Origin: Antedon mediterranea | Lineage: Eukaryota > Animalia > Echinodermata | Assembly: GCF_964355755.1 (NCBI RefSeq) | Contig: NC_092676.1 | Coordinates: 5,743,888-5,807,887, forward strand | Direction: 5' to 3' | Length of the DNA: 64,000 bases | Shown: positions 26,136 through 38,900 of the stretch, piece by piece | Numbering within the stretch: position 1 is the stretch's first letter | Layout: every line of letters starts with the position of its first letter | Position numbers and translations under genes: made by a program | The notes under the pieces: generated by a model | Seen by the model: only the letters and a program-made list of their open reading frames with translations | Told to the model about the DNA's origin: nothing | Databases searched by the model: none

Positions 26136-26167
26136 GGTACGCGAGCGAAGCGAGCGTACCATCTAGT
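26136..26167 (+). mobile_element. Helitron-like 3' terminus
   Basis: GC-rich hairpin ggtacgc-gagcgaagcga-gcgtacc followed by CTAG|T. 5' end not located. Confidence 0.45.
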
Positions 26168-26302
26168 AAATTAAATTAACAATCACAGTAGAGTTAACAT
26201 AAAAATAAATACTGTATAGTACAGAATAAAAGCAAAAGTTAAAAATTAAAATTATGAATTTAATCAGATTGCCTTCGAAGTTTAATAATAGTGTAGTCCT
26301 AC

Positions 26303-27972
26303 TAGTGAGGTGCCTTAAGGTCAAAAACGTTACACGGATGACAACGTTTTCAAATTTTGCCCATATGTTCACTTGGGCATACAGATTAAAAAAATCACTG
26401 TAGCCAAGAAAACAAAATTATTTTATGACCATATTTGGAGTATTTTAAAAAATGGCCGCCAAAACAAAATGATGGTTCATATCTTAGTAACCGGTAGGGT
26501 ACAGAGTTCATTTTAGTGTTAAATTGCTTAGAACACATATGTTTCTATCCACTTTAATACAACATTTTATTAGAAAATGGCCGGAATCATCATTTCCGGA
26601 ATTGTGACCTTTGACCCTAATATGGTCATATCTCGACTACTGACCGTAAAAACATGAGGTTGGTCTTAAAATATTCACAATATACATGTTTATTTGGTCT
26701 AACGAACTATTTTTCCCAAAAGTGACTGGAAATCATAATATTAACCTTTGACCCGATAACCTCAAATTTCGTTACCGAATGCGCATAACATCAAAATATT
26801 GGGCTTAAATTGTCAAAAATGTATATTTTTGTATTAATTAAGGTAATGACTGAATTTGTCAATTGACCAGAGGTAATGATATTAACTTTTGACTTAAATT
26901 TTGTTTTATATCACAACTACAACTAACTTAGTACATCTGCCTCATTCCATAATTACTCAACTAGAAACAGGTCAAACTACTGTCCACAACTAAAACGCAC
27001 CAAAGTCGGACAGCAATGTATTTCCTACCAAGGAACACATATTTGGAACAATTTAACAGACTATATAAAACAATCCCCCACTTTAAGTTTGTTTAAACAG
27101 AGATTAAAGCAATATTATAACAATAGAAATATTTAAGTTAAGTAAATCACATTATGTTATTTTGGTTTGTTCTTTTTGTTTGTACTGATTGTTTGATCTT
27201 TTTGTTAGGGTTACATGCTTAAAGCACTTGTGCTTATTTTGTATCCCATTCCATTATCTTATTATTTGTATTGTATTTGTATATGTTTTTATTTTGATTA
27301 TGGAATAAAAATGTCGATGAATTGAAAAAATTGAAAAACTAACTTCAGTGTTATAGAGAAGCAGTGCCTTTTCGACATAATCTATTTTTTAACATTCCAA
27401 AGACCAGTTAAAATAAATCACAATATTTGTTATAATAGTTTCTATTTGAGAATAATAAATACTAATAATAACAACGATTTCATTATTTAAGGTCCATAGA
27501 ACCCCTTTTATATACAATAAATTACTAAAGTATTACCTAGACAAAGATTTCCCTCCAAAATGAGTATTCATAAAATCCGGCATTCTGATTGGCTAAAAGT
27601 TTATGAAGTCAAACGTGTTGACAGGTGGATAATTGCCAAGTGGTAAGTATTTTTATGCTGCTTTATAAGCATAAAAATACTTACCACTTGGCAATTATCC
27701 ACCTGTCAACAATCAATAGAAAAATATGTGTTCTAAGCAATTTAACACTAAAATGAAGTCTGTACCCCTACCGGTTACTAGGATATGGACCTTCATTTTG
27801 TTTTGGCAACCATTTTGAAAATACTCCAAATATGGTCATAAAATACATTTTTTTTCTTGGCTACAATGATTTTTTTAATCTGTATGTCCAAGTGAACATA
27901 TGTGCAAAAAATGAAAACTTTGTCATCCGTGTAACGTTTTTGATCATTTTTTCCCCTTAAGGCACCCCACTA
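26303..27972. mobile_element. Non-autonomous DNA transposon with ~240-bp terminal inverted repeats in intron 1 of paralog B
   Basis: tagtgaggtgccttaagg...gcttagaacacatat (26303-26540) is inverted relative to atatgtgttctaagc...ccttaaggcaccccacta (27724-27972). The flanks rejoin as the homologue of A intron 1. Confidence 0.82.
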
Positions 27973-28674
27973 TACTGTTTTTTTAAAAACTAACAAAACA
28001 TTTTGTATAATATAGAGCCTATTTTCAAAGAAAGGGCTAAATATATTATTAGACACAGTATCAAATACCAAACAGCTAATTATGAAAATAACACACTTTC
28101 TGATACTGATAGCATAATTATTATACCTATCAACATAACGTAAATTTAAAGAATGAAGCAATCATACCGGGAAGGGTATCACTATTCCATGCGATAGTAA
28201 TATTATCATAGTCAGACTCGATGACTTGATAAATTGTAAAGTTAACATCAGTTGAGTTGATAAATTCAATACTACTATAATCACTTTCACTGCCACCATC
28301 GCTGCCACTGTCACAGCGATAACAAGGTAATACAACCAATATAACAATACAATAGTAATATGATTCCTTTTAAGATGAACATCTTCTTAACTCAATTCAC
28401 TCGTAATCAATTTAATAAACTTTACTTCTGCGAGTCCACTCAGCATATGAACAATATACTTTGTTTCATATCTTCATTTACCTGTATTTATTAAACTTTT
28501 TTAAATATTAAACATTTAGATACAGTCACCGGATGCATTAATAAAATTCTGAGTTGTTAATATTTTATAATATTTTATCCATATTATATGAGCACAAGAT
28601 TTTTAAAACACATGGACCCGTGTTACTCATAATTGTTGAAAAGTGCTAAGTTTAAAAATAGAGATAAGTATAAG

Positions 28675-28805
28675 TATAATCTAGGCTGGGTGTGTCTAGC
28701 AAGGGTGTCGATTATGTCGGTATAATCTAGGCTTGGTGTGTCCAGCAAGGGTGTCGATTATGTAGGTAGAATCTAGACTGGGTGTGTCTAGCAAGGGTGT
28801 CGATT
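28675..28805. repeat. ~46-bp tandem repeat x3
   Basis: tataatctaggctgggtgtgtctagcaagggtgtcgattatgt repeated. A single partial copy lies upstream of A (~8167). Confidence 0.85.
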
Positions 28806-30954
28806 TCAAGATTTACTTTTCAATTGCGAAAAAACTCAGATTTACTAAATTATTGATCGTTCCATTATTAATCAGAGGGGAGATTTTGATATTTTAATCT
28901 TTTTCAATTAATTCTCTTTGTTTGTACTGTGTTATAAGTTTGCATACATTTATTTATTTCATGATTTTCATAATTTATTATTTGTGTTGTACGTTTAAAC
29001 GTTTACTCTATATTGAATATAGATATCATAGAGCATGAAATAACTGGGTGAAGTATGTTTACATTAACGACGAGAGTGCGTTGGACTCCATCCAAGTATC
29101 TCAACATTCACACTAATAACATTACGTTATTACTTACTTGGTAAATGACTTATATTTTGAAAAAATATATTTTGAGGGAGACAATTACATCTTTAATAGT
29201 ACTTAGTAAATCGCGTATATAATACAATCTACCTCCAAGGAAAGAATAACTTCAATCAGATCGTTATGTTAATAGGTATAATAATTAAGCTATCAGTATC
29301 AGTAACAAGTGTGTTATTTTCATAATTAGCTGTTTGGTATTTGATACTGTGTTTAATAATATATTTAGCACATCCGATAGAGATGGATACCCTTCAAATG
29401 TTAAGGGTTTTAAAAAAGAGTTGTAGGCCTTAATGGCCAATGAAAGTAAAGTATACAAACTTTAAACCATAAAAGAATTTTCTTTAAATCATAATTAAAT
29501 TGGACCTAAGCGAATAACATAACAAAAAACATGTGGGAAGGTGGTATCTGCACAGTTGGAAAACAATGAATGAACAAAATTATTAACACTATAATATGAT
29601 ATAATTATTGTATTGTATGTATTGTCCCTTTGACTAATTCCAAAAAAAAATTTTTTTTTTTATTTCGAAAAAAAGTGGGTCATTTTGAAGTATCATAATA
29701 GTTATTAAATTTCACCAAAAATTTGTCTAAAAATAAATAATTTAACCGAAATACAGATGTTTTTTTGTTCAAAAAATAACTTTGACTTCCAGTCAAAGTT
29801 TTCAATCAAAACATATCCCATAATGCAATGCGCTTGTTTGGCTACTCTGTATGCATAATCATAAAACTTCCTCGCGATATGTGTGAAAACACCTTCTCAA
29901 CCGTGGTGAGTTGTAAACAATCCTAATTAGCATCATGCATAATGCATACTCATGGTTTGAAATCTTTGTTTACTTTCGCTTCGACGATTTCTCAGACGAA
30001 ATGTAATCTAATTAATTTACCTGTTAATTACGTAAACTGTTGTTTTTGGCTCGAATTTTCGACTTAAAGTGAATAACTTTATATATTACTTTGATATGGC
30101 CAATTTAAATTTAGAATATTTTTTTTTTCATTTTTTTGTGTTTCAAGGGACAATACATCTTAATGATATATAGAGGGAGTTACATTATTGCACTTTTTGA
30201 TTCATATCTATATAAAGCAAGCTTATGACGATTAAAATGACGGTAAAATAGGGAAGTAGTTAAAAGTAAATAAAACTGATTGGTAAGCAGGAGCTCAAAT
30301 TAACAGAAATAAAAGTGTAAATAAGTGTAAGAAATAAATGTGACGCAGGTATAACAATCACATGTGTATTTCTAATATAGATGTAGGTGTTATTATGAAT
30401 TACGCATATATAACATAATGGATTTGATCAGGGAAGAGTTAAATTAATTTAACTCTTCTTTGGATTTGATGAAGTATCGATCGTTGTAAACAAAGTTAAA
30501 AATATGCAGGTGGAACGCCATTGCCACGTCAGCCAATCAACGACTGACAACGGTAAATGAAGATTCAGCCAATAAAATGTAAGCAGAAACATGTGAATTT
30601 GTTAGTGAAATATGTTAAGGTCATTATCAAAGCCATTTTGCTATGTGCATAATTGATAACAATGCACTAACATCATTATCATTTTCATATGTCACAACTT
30701 TAAATCGATATTGAATTCAAATTGTTCGTCTTTTTCATGCTACAGATTTGAGATTTTGTTTTGAAAATCCCGGATTTGTGTACTATTAGTTAAAATTGTA
30801 AATATCTTTTCAATTACATTATTTTCTTTATAGTTCTTACGAGCTTTCCTATGTTAATCTTTTATAGGTGATGATATTCCGATCCTGTTGGAAATAAGTA
30901 CGTGTGTACTTTGATATTTTGTATTGTATTGGCTTAACCACCCCTACCCCGGAT

Positions 30955-32042
30955 GCGATTTTTTTTTTCGTACATAAGTTGGGGACCCCCTCATGAAACG
31001 TCACAAAATAAACATGAATAATTCATCAGTTAAATTTTCTTGTTCCGTGTGCACCCAAGCGTATAGCAACAAGAAGTGATTACACAAGTGCGGTACGATT
31101 CTGGGCCTATCTCCGCTGTTGAAGAATAGCGGCGTTTTGTGTGGATTGTCGAAATAATCGGCCTTTAGTTTATGGTGTTTTTAATATAATTTATTACTAA
31201 AGAATTACGTGTTAAAATTATAGTTTCTATTGATACTATTAGGCCTAATTATTAGTCTCTAAACCCATGTCTATTCTAGTAGTAGCTGTGTGGATGTGTG
31301 TGACGTGTGTGTGTGTGTGTGTTAGGTATGACCAAAGATAGTTACACTATCTTTGGTATGACACAATCCGAGTAATAAGTCAGCAAAATTAAACAATAAA
31401 CATTACACAAAAATACATTTTTTTATTCTCGTGGGTCAAATCTTCCCATCTCATGTGTTCATATACGCGCATTTTTAAAGTTCCTTTGAGTACATTGCAT
31501 ATTGTTTGATAATTGATAGCAGAATTTAAAAAATACAGTACACACATTATACACATTCTTTATTCTTGTGGGTCTAAGCTTTCTTTGGGCTATGTCCAAG
31601 AACGCTTGGGTGCACACGGAACAACAATAATACGATTCTTTCTACAATAATAGGACTAGGATTCTAGGTCAATTCACGTGATTGCCTTCGCGCACTCTTC
31701 TTCACACACACGTCCACTATGCAAAATGTGTCGAGGCTAATCGACAGCTAGGCAAAACATTAAACTAAGTAGTAATTGGACATAGCCCAAATACACAAGT
31801 CACACACACCCACACAGCTACTACTAGAATATACAGGGGTTTAGAGACACACAAAACTCCGCTATTCTATTATGAAATCAGCGGAGATAGGCCTAGAATC
31901 GTACCGCACTTGTGTAATCACTTCTTGTTGCTATACGCTTGGGTGCACACGGAACAAGAAAATTTAACTGATGAATTATTCATGCTTATTTTGTGACGTT
32001 TCACGATGGGGTCCCCAACTTATGTACGAAAAAAAAAATCGC
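30955..32042. mobile_element. Mutator-like/foldback non-autonomous element with 9-bp target-site duplication
   Basis: Long TIRs (gcgatttttttttcgtacataagttggggaccc... / ...ggtccccaacttatgtacgaaaaaaaaaatcgc). TSD accccggat at 30946-30954 and 32043-32051. Empty site at ~9070-9085. Confidence 0.85.
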
Positions 32043-34906
32043 ACCCCGGATATACGCTGTGTTGACGTTTATAAGAAAAATGATAACTTTACTGTTATGT
32101 TCATAACTCTTTACGCCTTTCTTGTTTTGTTTTTCAATTCCTGGCTGCTTGTAACTCTTAAAAAATTAATCTTCTGCTATACGTTTATAAATTTATAACT
32201 TGTCTCCCGCTAATTAAAGACCGATATATACGCGATTTAATAAGTACTATTAAAGATGTAATTGTCACCCTATAATTTTTTCAAAAATGTTTGGTTGAAT
32301 ATGCCATCTTAATGTCACATAATAGTTATCCATTTTGACCAAAAATTGGATCGAACAAAAAAATTATTTATCCTAAAAAAACTGTAATTTAAAGCAAAAA
32401 TAGTCAGCCAATGGATTTTTGGTTGTATAGGCTATAACCATTTATTTTGTCATTTCATAAGTGAAAACAATGTTTTTTCCTCTTTTTTTTCTACTGAAGT
32501 GATTAACTTTATTAAAACTACAAAATAAATAAAAGTCTTATTTAAGTAATCTTCATTTTTCATGTTTTTGGGGACAATACATATTTAATAGTAAAGGATT
32601 ATTTAAACACTGTTTTATGTTTGTACCGTATAACCTCATAATATGTAATAGTTTATTTCATCTGTTTTGTTTTACTATCAAATGTTATTTTGTTCGGACC
32701 CCATAATTGATGCATGGCTTACACAGTTCTCATTATATAACTTCCAAATTTATCCAAAGATTGTTTTATCTTTGTTTAAAGTTTGTTTTGTTGACGTTTT
32801 ATATATTATTATAATTTTAATAAGGAGTTTTTTTATATAAGAAGTTATAGTTAACTCCTTGTTACTGTCCTGTTTCTTATTGTATATTATCATCCTTTCC
32901 TTCTCCTACGTTTTTGTATCTCGAGTATCTCTAAAACGTGTACACATAACATTTCATAATTTTGTCAACATTTGAACATTTACATTTGTATATTGTATAC
33001 CGTATATTGATGATATGCAGCAGAAACTTCCAATAGTTAATGTTGCCCATTAAGTTGTAAGGTTGATCGTGAAAATCAAAACGATTATGAATATTATCAC
33101 TAGCGTTCTGATTTTGACCAGCTTATAGCAACCCATTCATGGAATGATAAAGAAATCTATCTGTACGGCGACTGTAGAATAAACCCGAGATATGCCTTAC
33201 TTCTTACTACTTTTTAGACGATAAAAGATTAGAATATTTTGTATAGTAAAGAGTTATACAATGCATACTGTACGTTTTATTTTTAATAAATTGTGCAATT
33301 TGCGGTATTTACCATTATTATCAATATTGCCTGCCACGTTTTACATATTCAATATTGATCTTGACCTACCCACCAAAGTTATCGATCACTCTGCTAATAA
33401 TATCATGAAACAAACTAAAGTTACATTCACACTAATGTTTTATTTTACGGAAGGGAAGACGGCGTCGTTATTATTTACCAAAACGGTATCGTCTTCCGTT
33501 CCGTGAAGTATAATGTAAGCGGTATCCGGATAAATAACTAAGCCTGTGTCCTATGATTTAAGTGAGCATACGATCGTTGGTAAAAGTTACTGCAAGCTGT
33601 ATGTTAAAGCAACACTAAGAAGACAGAAAACATCTTAATATACTGTGTGGAACAAGCTGTGTGTGTCATTTGGCGGAGCAACCTCACGATAAAGAAATAT
33701 TGTATGTATAGTTTTTTGGCGAACTGTGTTGTGTTGTTTTTGTTTGAAAACTCAAATTATAACACAATGCCCTCTTCTTTATTTTCTTAATGCTGCTTTT
33801 AATAGCAATAAAAATATTAATGACAATCAAGTAAGAACATAATATAAATAATGGAATAACAGAATAATACTGTATATCGGAAGTTTGATTAAATACTCCT
33901 TAAGTTGTTCGCATTTAAGTTTGATACTCCTTAAGTTACTTTTCAAATTCCTTAATCTTACAAAAGTAGTACGTCAAAACATTACCAAACAAAATGAATC
34001 AATTCCTTCTTCTTTAAATCTACTAAATCCTCAAATAATTAATAATATTACAAAAATTGTCGAATTGTTTAAATCTACCTAAATCTTCACATTATTTTAC
34101 GTAACGGAAAATTTCAGTAAATCGAGCCTTAACTTCTTAAGTCTTTACTCAATGGTACATTGCATACTTCAGAACCAATTTTTACCAATTTAAAACAACT
34201 TTGTCAAAAAGTATTCGTTTTTGTGCACAAATTTTCAAACAAATAAAGATTCACAAACTCACTTATAATGTATACAAAATACAATTAAACTTCAATCGAG
34301 GAAATTCAACACATTGTGATCAGATATTCAAAATAATTAATCATTATTAAGAATGTATGTTTAAGTTTTTAGCTTAAATTTAATTCACGTTTTATCACAT
34401 TGTTCTTTTCATACCTATCTAACATACAATCATCACCATATCTGGTTAAATTTAAATTGTCTTAGTACAGTATAAGTAAAGTGTTAAATAAAATTGATTT
34501 AGAAACAATGTAAAAAAATTTGATACTTCCATAATATTATTTACTTGTCATATGCGTATTTAAACGTTAAGCAAATAAATATCGTTTTTACAGATGTCAA
34601 ACAACTTGATAGGTTAACTCGAGAAATTAAAAGACATTAAATAATTTATCAAGTGTATTGTTATAAACCAGTGAACGTATATAGGACTGATAAAATCCTA
34701 AGATATAAACGAACAGTGTTTGAAAATTTTAACTTAACGTTCTGTATAATATTTGAAATAGATTACAATAAATTTAAACCATTGTTATAAAATATATAAC
34801 ACATTTAAATCCCAAAGCGGGTGCTAAAGATTACATGAATACAATAAATGAACATTTAATAGGCAAAAACAAGACCAAAGTGTAGAGTTTGCACAATACA
34901 ATTAAA

Positions 34907-35921
34907 TTACAATGTATTAAGTGGAATCTGTACAACTGCCGGTTGACGCACTTTGCACTTAAACATATATACAATTGTGTAAAGATAAGGATTGACTGAG
35001 GAGTTGATGGGGATGATGAATGTCGCCGCCCAAACATATATGTCATCAGGAATTGTCATCCAACCCATCTCAGAACCAATTGCCATTACTATAATCGGAC
35101 CCCAGCAACAGAAATCTGTGAAAACTATTAAGCCTAGTTTCCTCGCCATTTTCAACTGTTCTTTCCTCATCTGTCGTCTATTGACAGTGGCCCCCGATCT
35201 CTTAACCGATAAGAAGATTACGAGGTAGCTCACTGTTATTACAATGAACCCGATTCCGTTAAATACAACAAACATGGCGACTGCATACTCCCAGCCTTGC
35301 CAATGACTTTTTGTCAGAGGTAGTGCGAGGCACACACTCTCTTTGCCATAGTAATTATCCCCAAAATATGAAATATCTGTTATTGGAAGAAAACTCAGCA
35401 CAATCCAGAAAAGCCATGCGAAGCCGATAATGATTCGACATTTTGTACGATTGAGGCGTTTCGTACTAAATGGATTAACAATGTTAATAGCTCGATCCAC
35501 ACTCAGCAGCATCAGTGTAAACACTGAGCATTGCCCAGAGAGTGTAGAAATTGCCCCGGCAAAGCTGCAAAGGAAACTGCTCTTCCAATCCCTTGCAACT
35601 TTGGCATACCGTCCACGATAGTGTACATCCACACTCGCAATGATGATTAAGTAGACAGCCATTAGCAAGTCAGACACGGCAAGATTAGTAATGAGTGTGG
35701 TTTGAACCTTATTTACATTGTTACCTGAATCATTATCCTTTTTAAACTTTCGTGATATGATGACAATCAAATTTCCAATGACTGATGACACCCCAATGAT
35801 CATCATCAATACACGGAGAACTTCGCTTTTTAGTAAGTCTTCACAAGAAGCAAATGCATCAACGGGTTCGCAGACATCAATGACACCAACAAGGCAACAG
35901 AGACGAGAAAAATCCGATTTC
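34907..35921 (-). CDS. Paralog C terminal exon: hinge plus 7TM
   Basis: Acceptor CATAG| at 35922. KSDFSRLCC...SCEDLL...NPYLY...NTL*. About 10 aa differences from the paralog B exon. Confidence 0.93.
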
Positions 35922-38900
35922 CTATGAGAGAGTAAAGTAAACTTGGCAAATGAATTTGAATAGTTATTTTTTTCGGAGGCCCAAATTGTTACTCTTCGAT
36001 CCCAAAAATAATGAGTAAAGGTTTAGAATAGTCGAAGATTAATTGTGAAAGTACATTTTTATGATACTTTCGGATAAATAAGAATAATAAAATACTATCT
36101 GTTTATAAGCATAATAACACATCGAATATCATGATTGTAACATAGCCGAATTAACTATTAATTTTAATATATCTATTTAAATTGAACATAATTAAAACAT
36201 TTACCACATTCAAATTATCAAATGTAACTTACTTAACTAAAACACCGACAAATTTAACATTCAATAAAATTATTTACTGTACATATAGCAAAGAGAATAA
36301 ATACTAATAGCTGCATAAGTTTGTATGAGCATCTCTCATACTTTTATCATACTTACAATTCTTTTAAATTGTTCAGTTCTTCAAAAGTTCTATCTCTGTA
36401 ATTCTGTAAGTTGTTCTTTTGTAACAATCTATAGGATAACATATTAGAAATAAATTAAGAATAGGCTAATACATTTTGAAAAAAGTAAAGTTTTCAAACT
36501 ATGGTTTATGTATGCTTTTCTTGAAGAAAATACATGAACTATGTATATTTTAACTGTTATGAATCCTCTTTATCTTTATCTTTGAATGTGGTCTGTATAT
36601 TTTTGTATTGTTTTTAAGATGGCCTCTTCAAGTCAGCTGTACTGCTGTAGTACTGTTAGAGCTACCCTTGTAAAACAAATTTGAATGAATAAATACATAT
36701 ATTAATAATTTATTTATCTGTACATAACACTATTCTAAATTCAAGACCCCTGATGAAAACAAAATACACTTTCTTTGTTTACTTGTTTGCGAAGTTTTCC
36801 ATTCAAATTCAGTGGTTGAATACATCCTTTGTGTTCGAAGTTCTGATTATTATTGTATGTTTTTTTAACGTTTTGTACTGTAATGCCTATAGCACTGATA
36901 CATATAACTATTCAAATACAAAGCTTCCTCACATTTTGACATTGAATCGTACAGCAAAAACTTTATTTTTTATTTGTTTACAGCAATAACTCCTTTACGG
37001 CTTCACAAGTGTGTTATAAAATCATGTTAACTTACAAACGTGAAAGTGATGAAGCAAAAGAAGAAAATGCACCTGGTTCTATGGTAGTTATAGCGTTTTC
37101 CTGTAAATACCTGTTAAGATAACCAATATGTATTATTATATATCTTGTTTTTCACATTACATTAAGTAAAGTACAGATACAAGTATTATTGTATTACACA
37201 TTGCATAATATTCAATACTCTCATATACATTAATTCCTTGTCTCTTCTGGGTATTTTTTTTTAATAAGGGGATAAAAAGTTCACTTTTTTATTGAATCTC
37301 ATCAAATAATTGTTTGTTAATTATTGTTTGTTAATCTTAATATTCTATTGATTTTTTACAACAATTGATAACACAGTGACTGGTTATAATACAACAAATG
37401 TAAATTAGACTGGATCATAATAATAGAAAGTAGTTCTGTTTCTGGGATATACGTCAGTAAATACTGATGGCCTGGGTATACTTTAATCAGGCTTAAATAT
37501 ATGTTTATTTTGTTATTTTTATAGGAAATCATAACAATTTGTTATCATCTTTATGTATTTAATAATATAATTATTTAATTTACCTAAATAATGACCAATA
37601 CACAATTATTAATATCTTTAAACAATGAATAATTTAATGAAAATTGTTAATACTGTATGTGATTTTTTTTTTAAATACTGTGTTTTTTGATCAAATTATG
37701 AATGATAAACTGCATAATATTCATTATTATGAATTATTTCATTTGTTTTCTTTTTAAATAAATTAAAACAAACAAATTAATTTTAGAAAAATACTTACAG
37801 TTCTGTCAGTGCTGCCAATCTATCAAATACATTGGCTGGCAATGTACGTATTTTGTTATTGTACAAATACCTTCAAAGTAAAAGAAAGATACAGTAACAA
37901 TTACAATATTCAAGCTGTTTGAAATGTCAACTTTTATTTTCAATATACATTTTTGAATTATTTGTATAGTCTTTCAGTCAATGGTAGGGACATTATCTAC
38001 ATAGTAAATGCTGATGAGTATTCTTTAATTAGGCAAAAATTAACTGTTAAAATAATAATGTGTTATTTATTATCACAAATTCTATAGTAAATTCTAAATA
38101 TTTATTATCATCTTTATGTATTTATCATTTTTATGTATTTAATTAAATCTCTATAATGACCAATGAACAATTATCGATAATCTTTTAAAAATGAAAAATG
38201 TATGAATAATGGCCTCTTCAAGTCAGCTGTATACTGCTCTAGTACTCTTATAGATACCCTTGTAAACAAATTTGAATTAATAAATAAATTTATTTTTTAT
38301 AGCAAATTCTAATTATTATTTGTTTTATTATTATCCTAATGTTTTATTATCATTTATCATTTATTATCTACATAATAAATACTGATGGCCTGGGTATACT
38401 TTAATTAGGCTAAAATATATGTTTTATTTTGTTATTCTCATGAACATAATTTTTATAGGAAATCATACAAATTTGTTATCATCTTTATGTATTTAATAAT
38501 ATAATTATTTAATTTACCTAAATAATGACCAATAAACAATTATTAATATCTTTAAACAATGAATAATGTAATGAAAATTGTTAATACTGTATGTGATTTT
38601 TTTTTAAATACTGTGTTTGTTGATCAAATTATGAATGATAAACTGCATTATATTCATTGTTATGAATTATTTCATTTGTTTTCTTTTTAAGTAAATTAAA
38701 ACAAATAAATTAATTTTAGAAAAATACTTACAGTTTTGTCAGTGCTGTCAATCTATCAAATACATTGGCTGGCAATGTACTTATTTGGTTTCTGTCCAAA
38801 TGCCTTCAAAGTAAAAACAATGTACAGTAACAATTACAATATTCAAGTTGTTTGATGTGTCAACTTTTATTTTCGGTATACATTTTTTTTTAATTATTTG

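Larger units (their letters stand above)
12435..28382 (-). pseudogene. LRR-GPCR paralog B, probable pseudogene (damaged 5' end, intact LRR cassettes and 7TM)
   Basis: Exon 1 28168-28382 has a 2-nt loss versus A/C, so the ATG frame reads MFILKGIILLLYCYIGCITLLSL*. No LRRNT exon found. Intact 72-nt exons at 23680-23751, 20545-20616, 20046-20117, 19533-19604, 19023-19094, 18519-18590, 18005-18076, 17489-17560, 15131-15202, 14616-14687, last LRR 14032-14103, 7TM exon 12435-13449. Confidence 0.7.
28385..36862. repeat. Segmental duplication unit: B upstream region plus C 3' end, paralogous to 7885-14537
   Basis: Collinear high similarity through promoter, intergenic DNA, 3' UTR, 7TM exon and last LRR exon. 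The copies differ mainly by TE and tandem-repeat indels. Confidence 0.9.
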
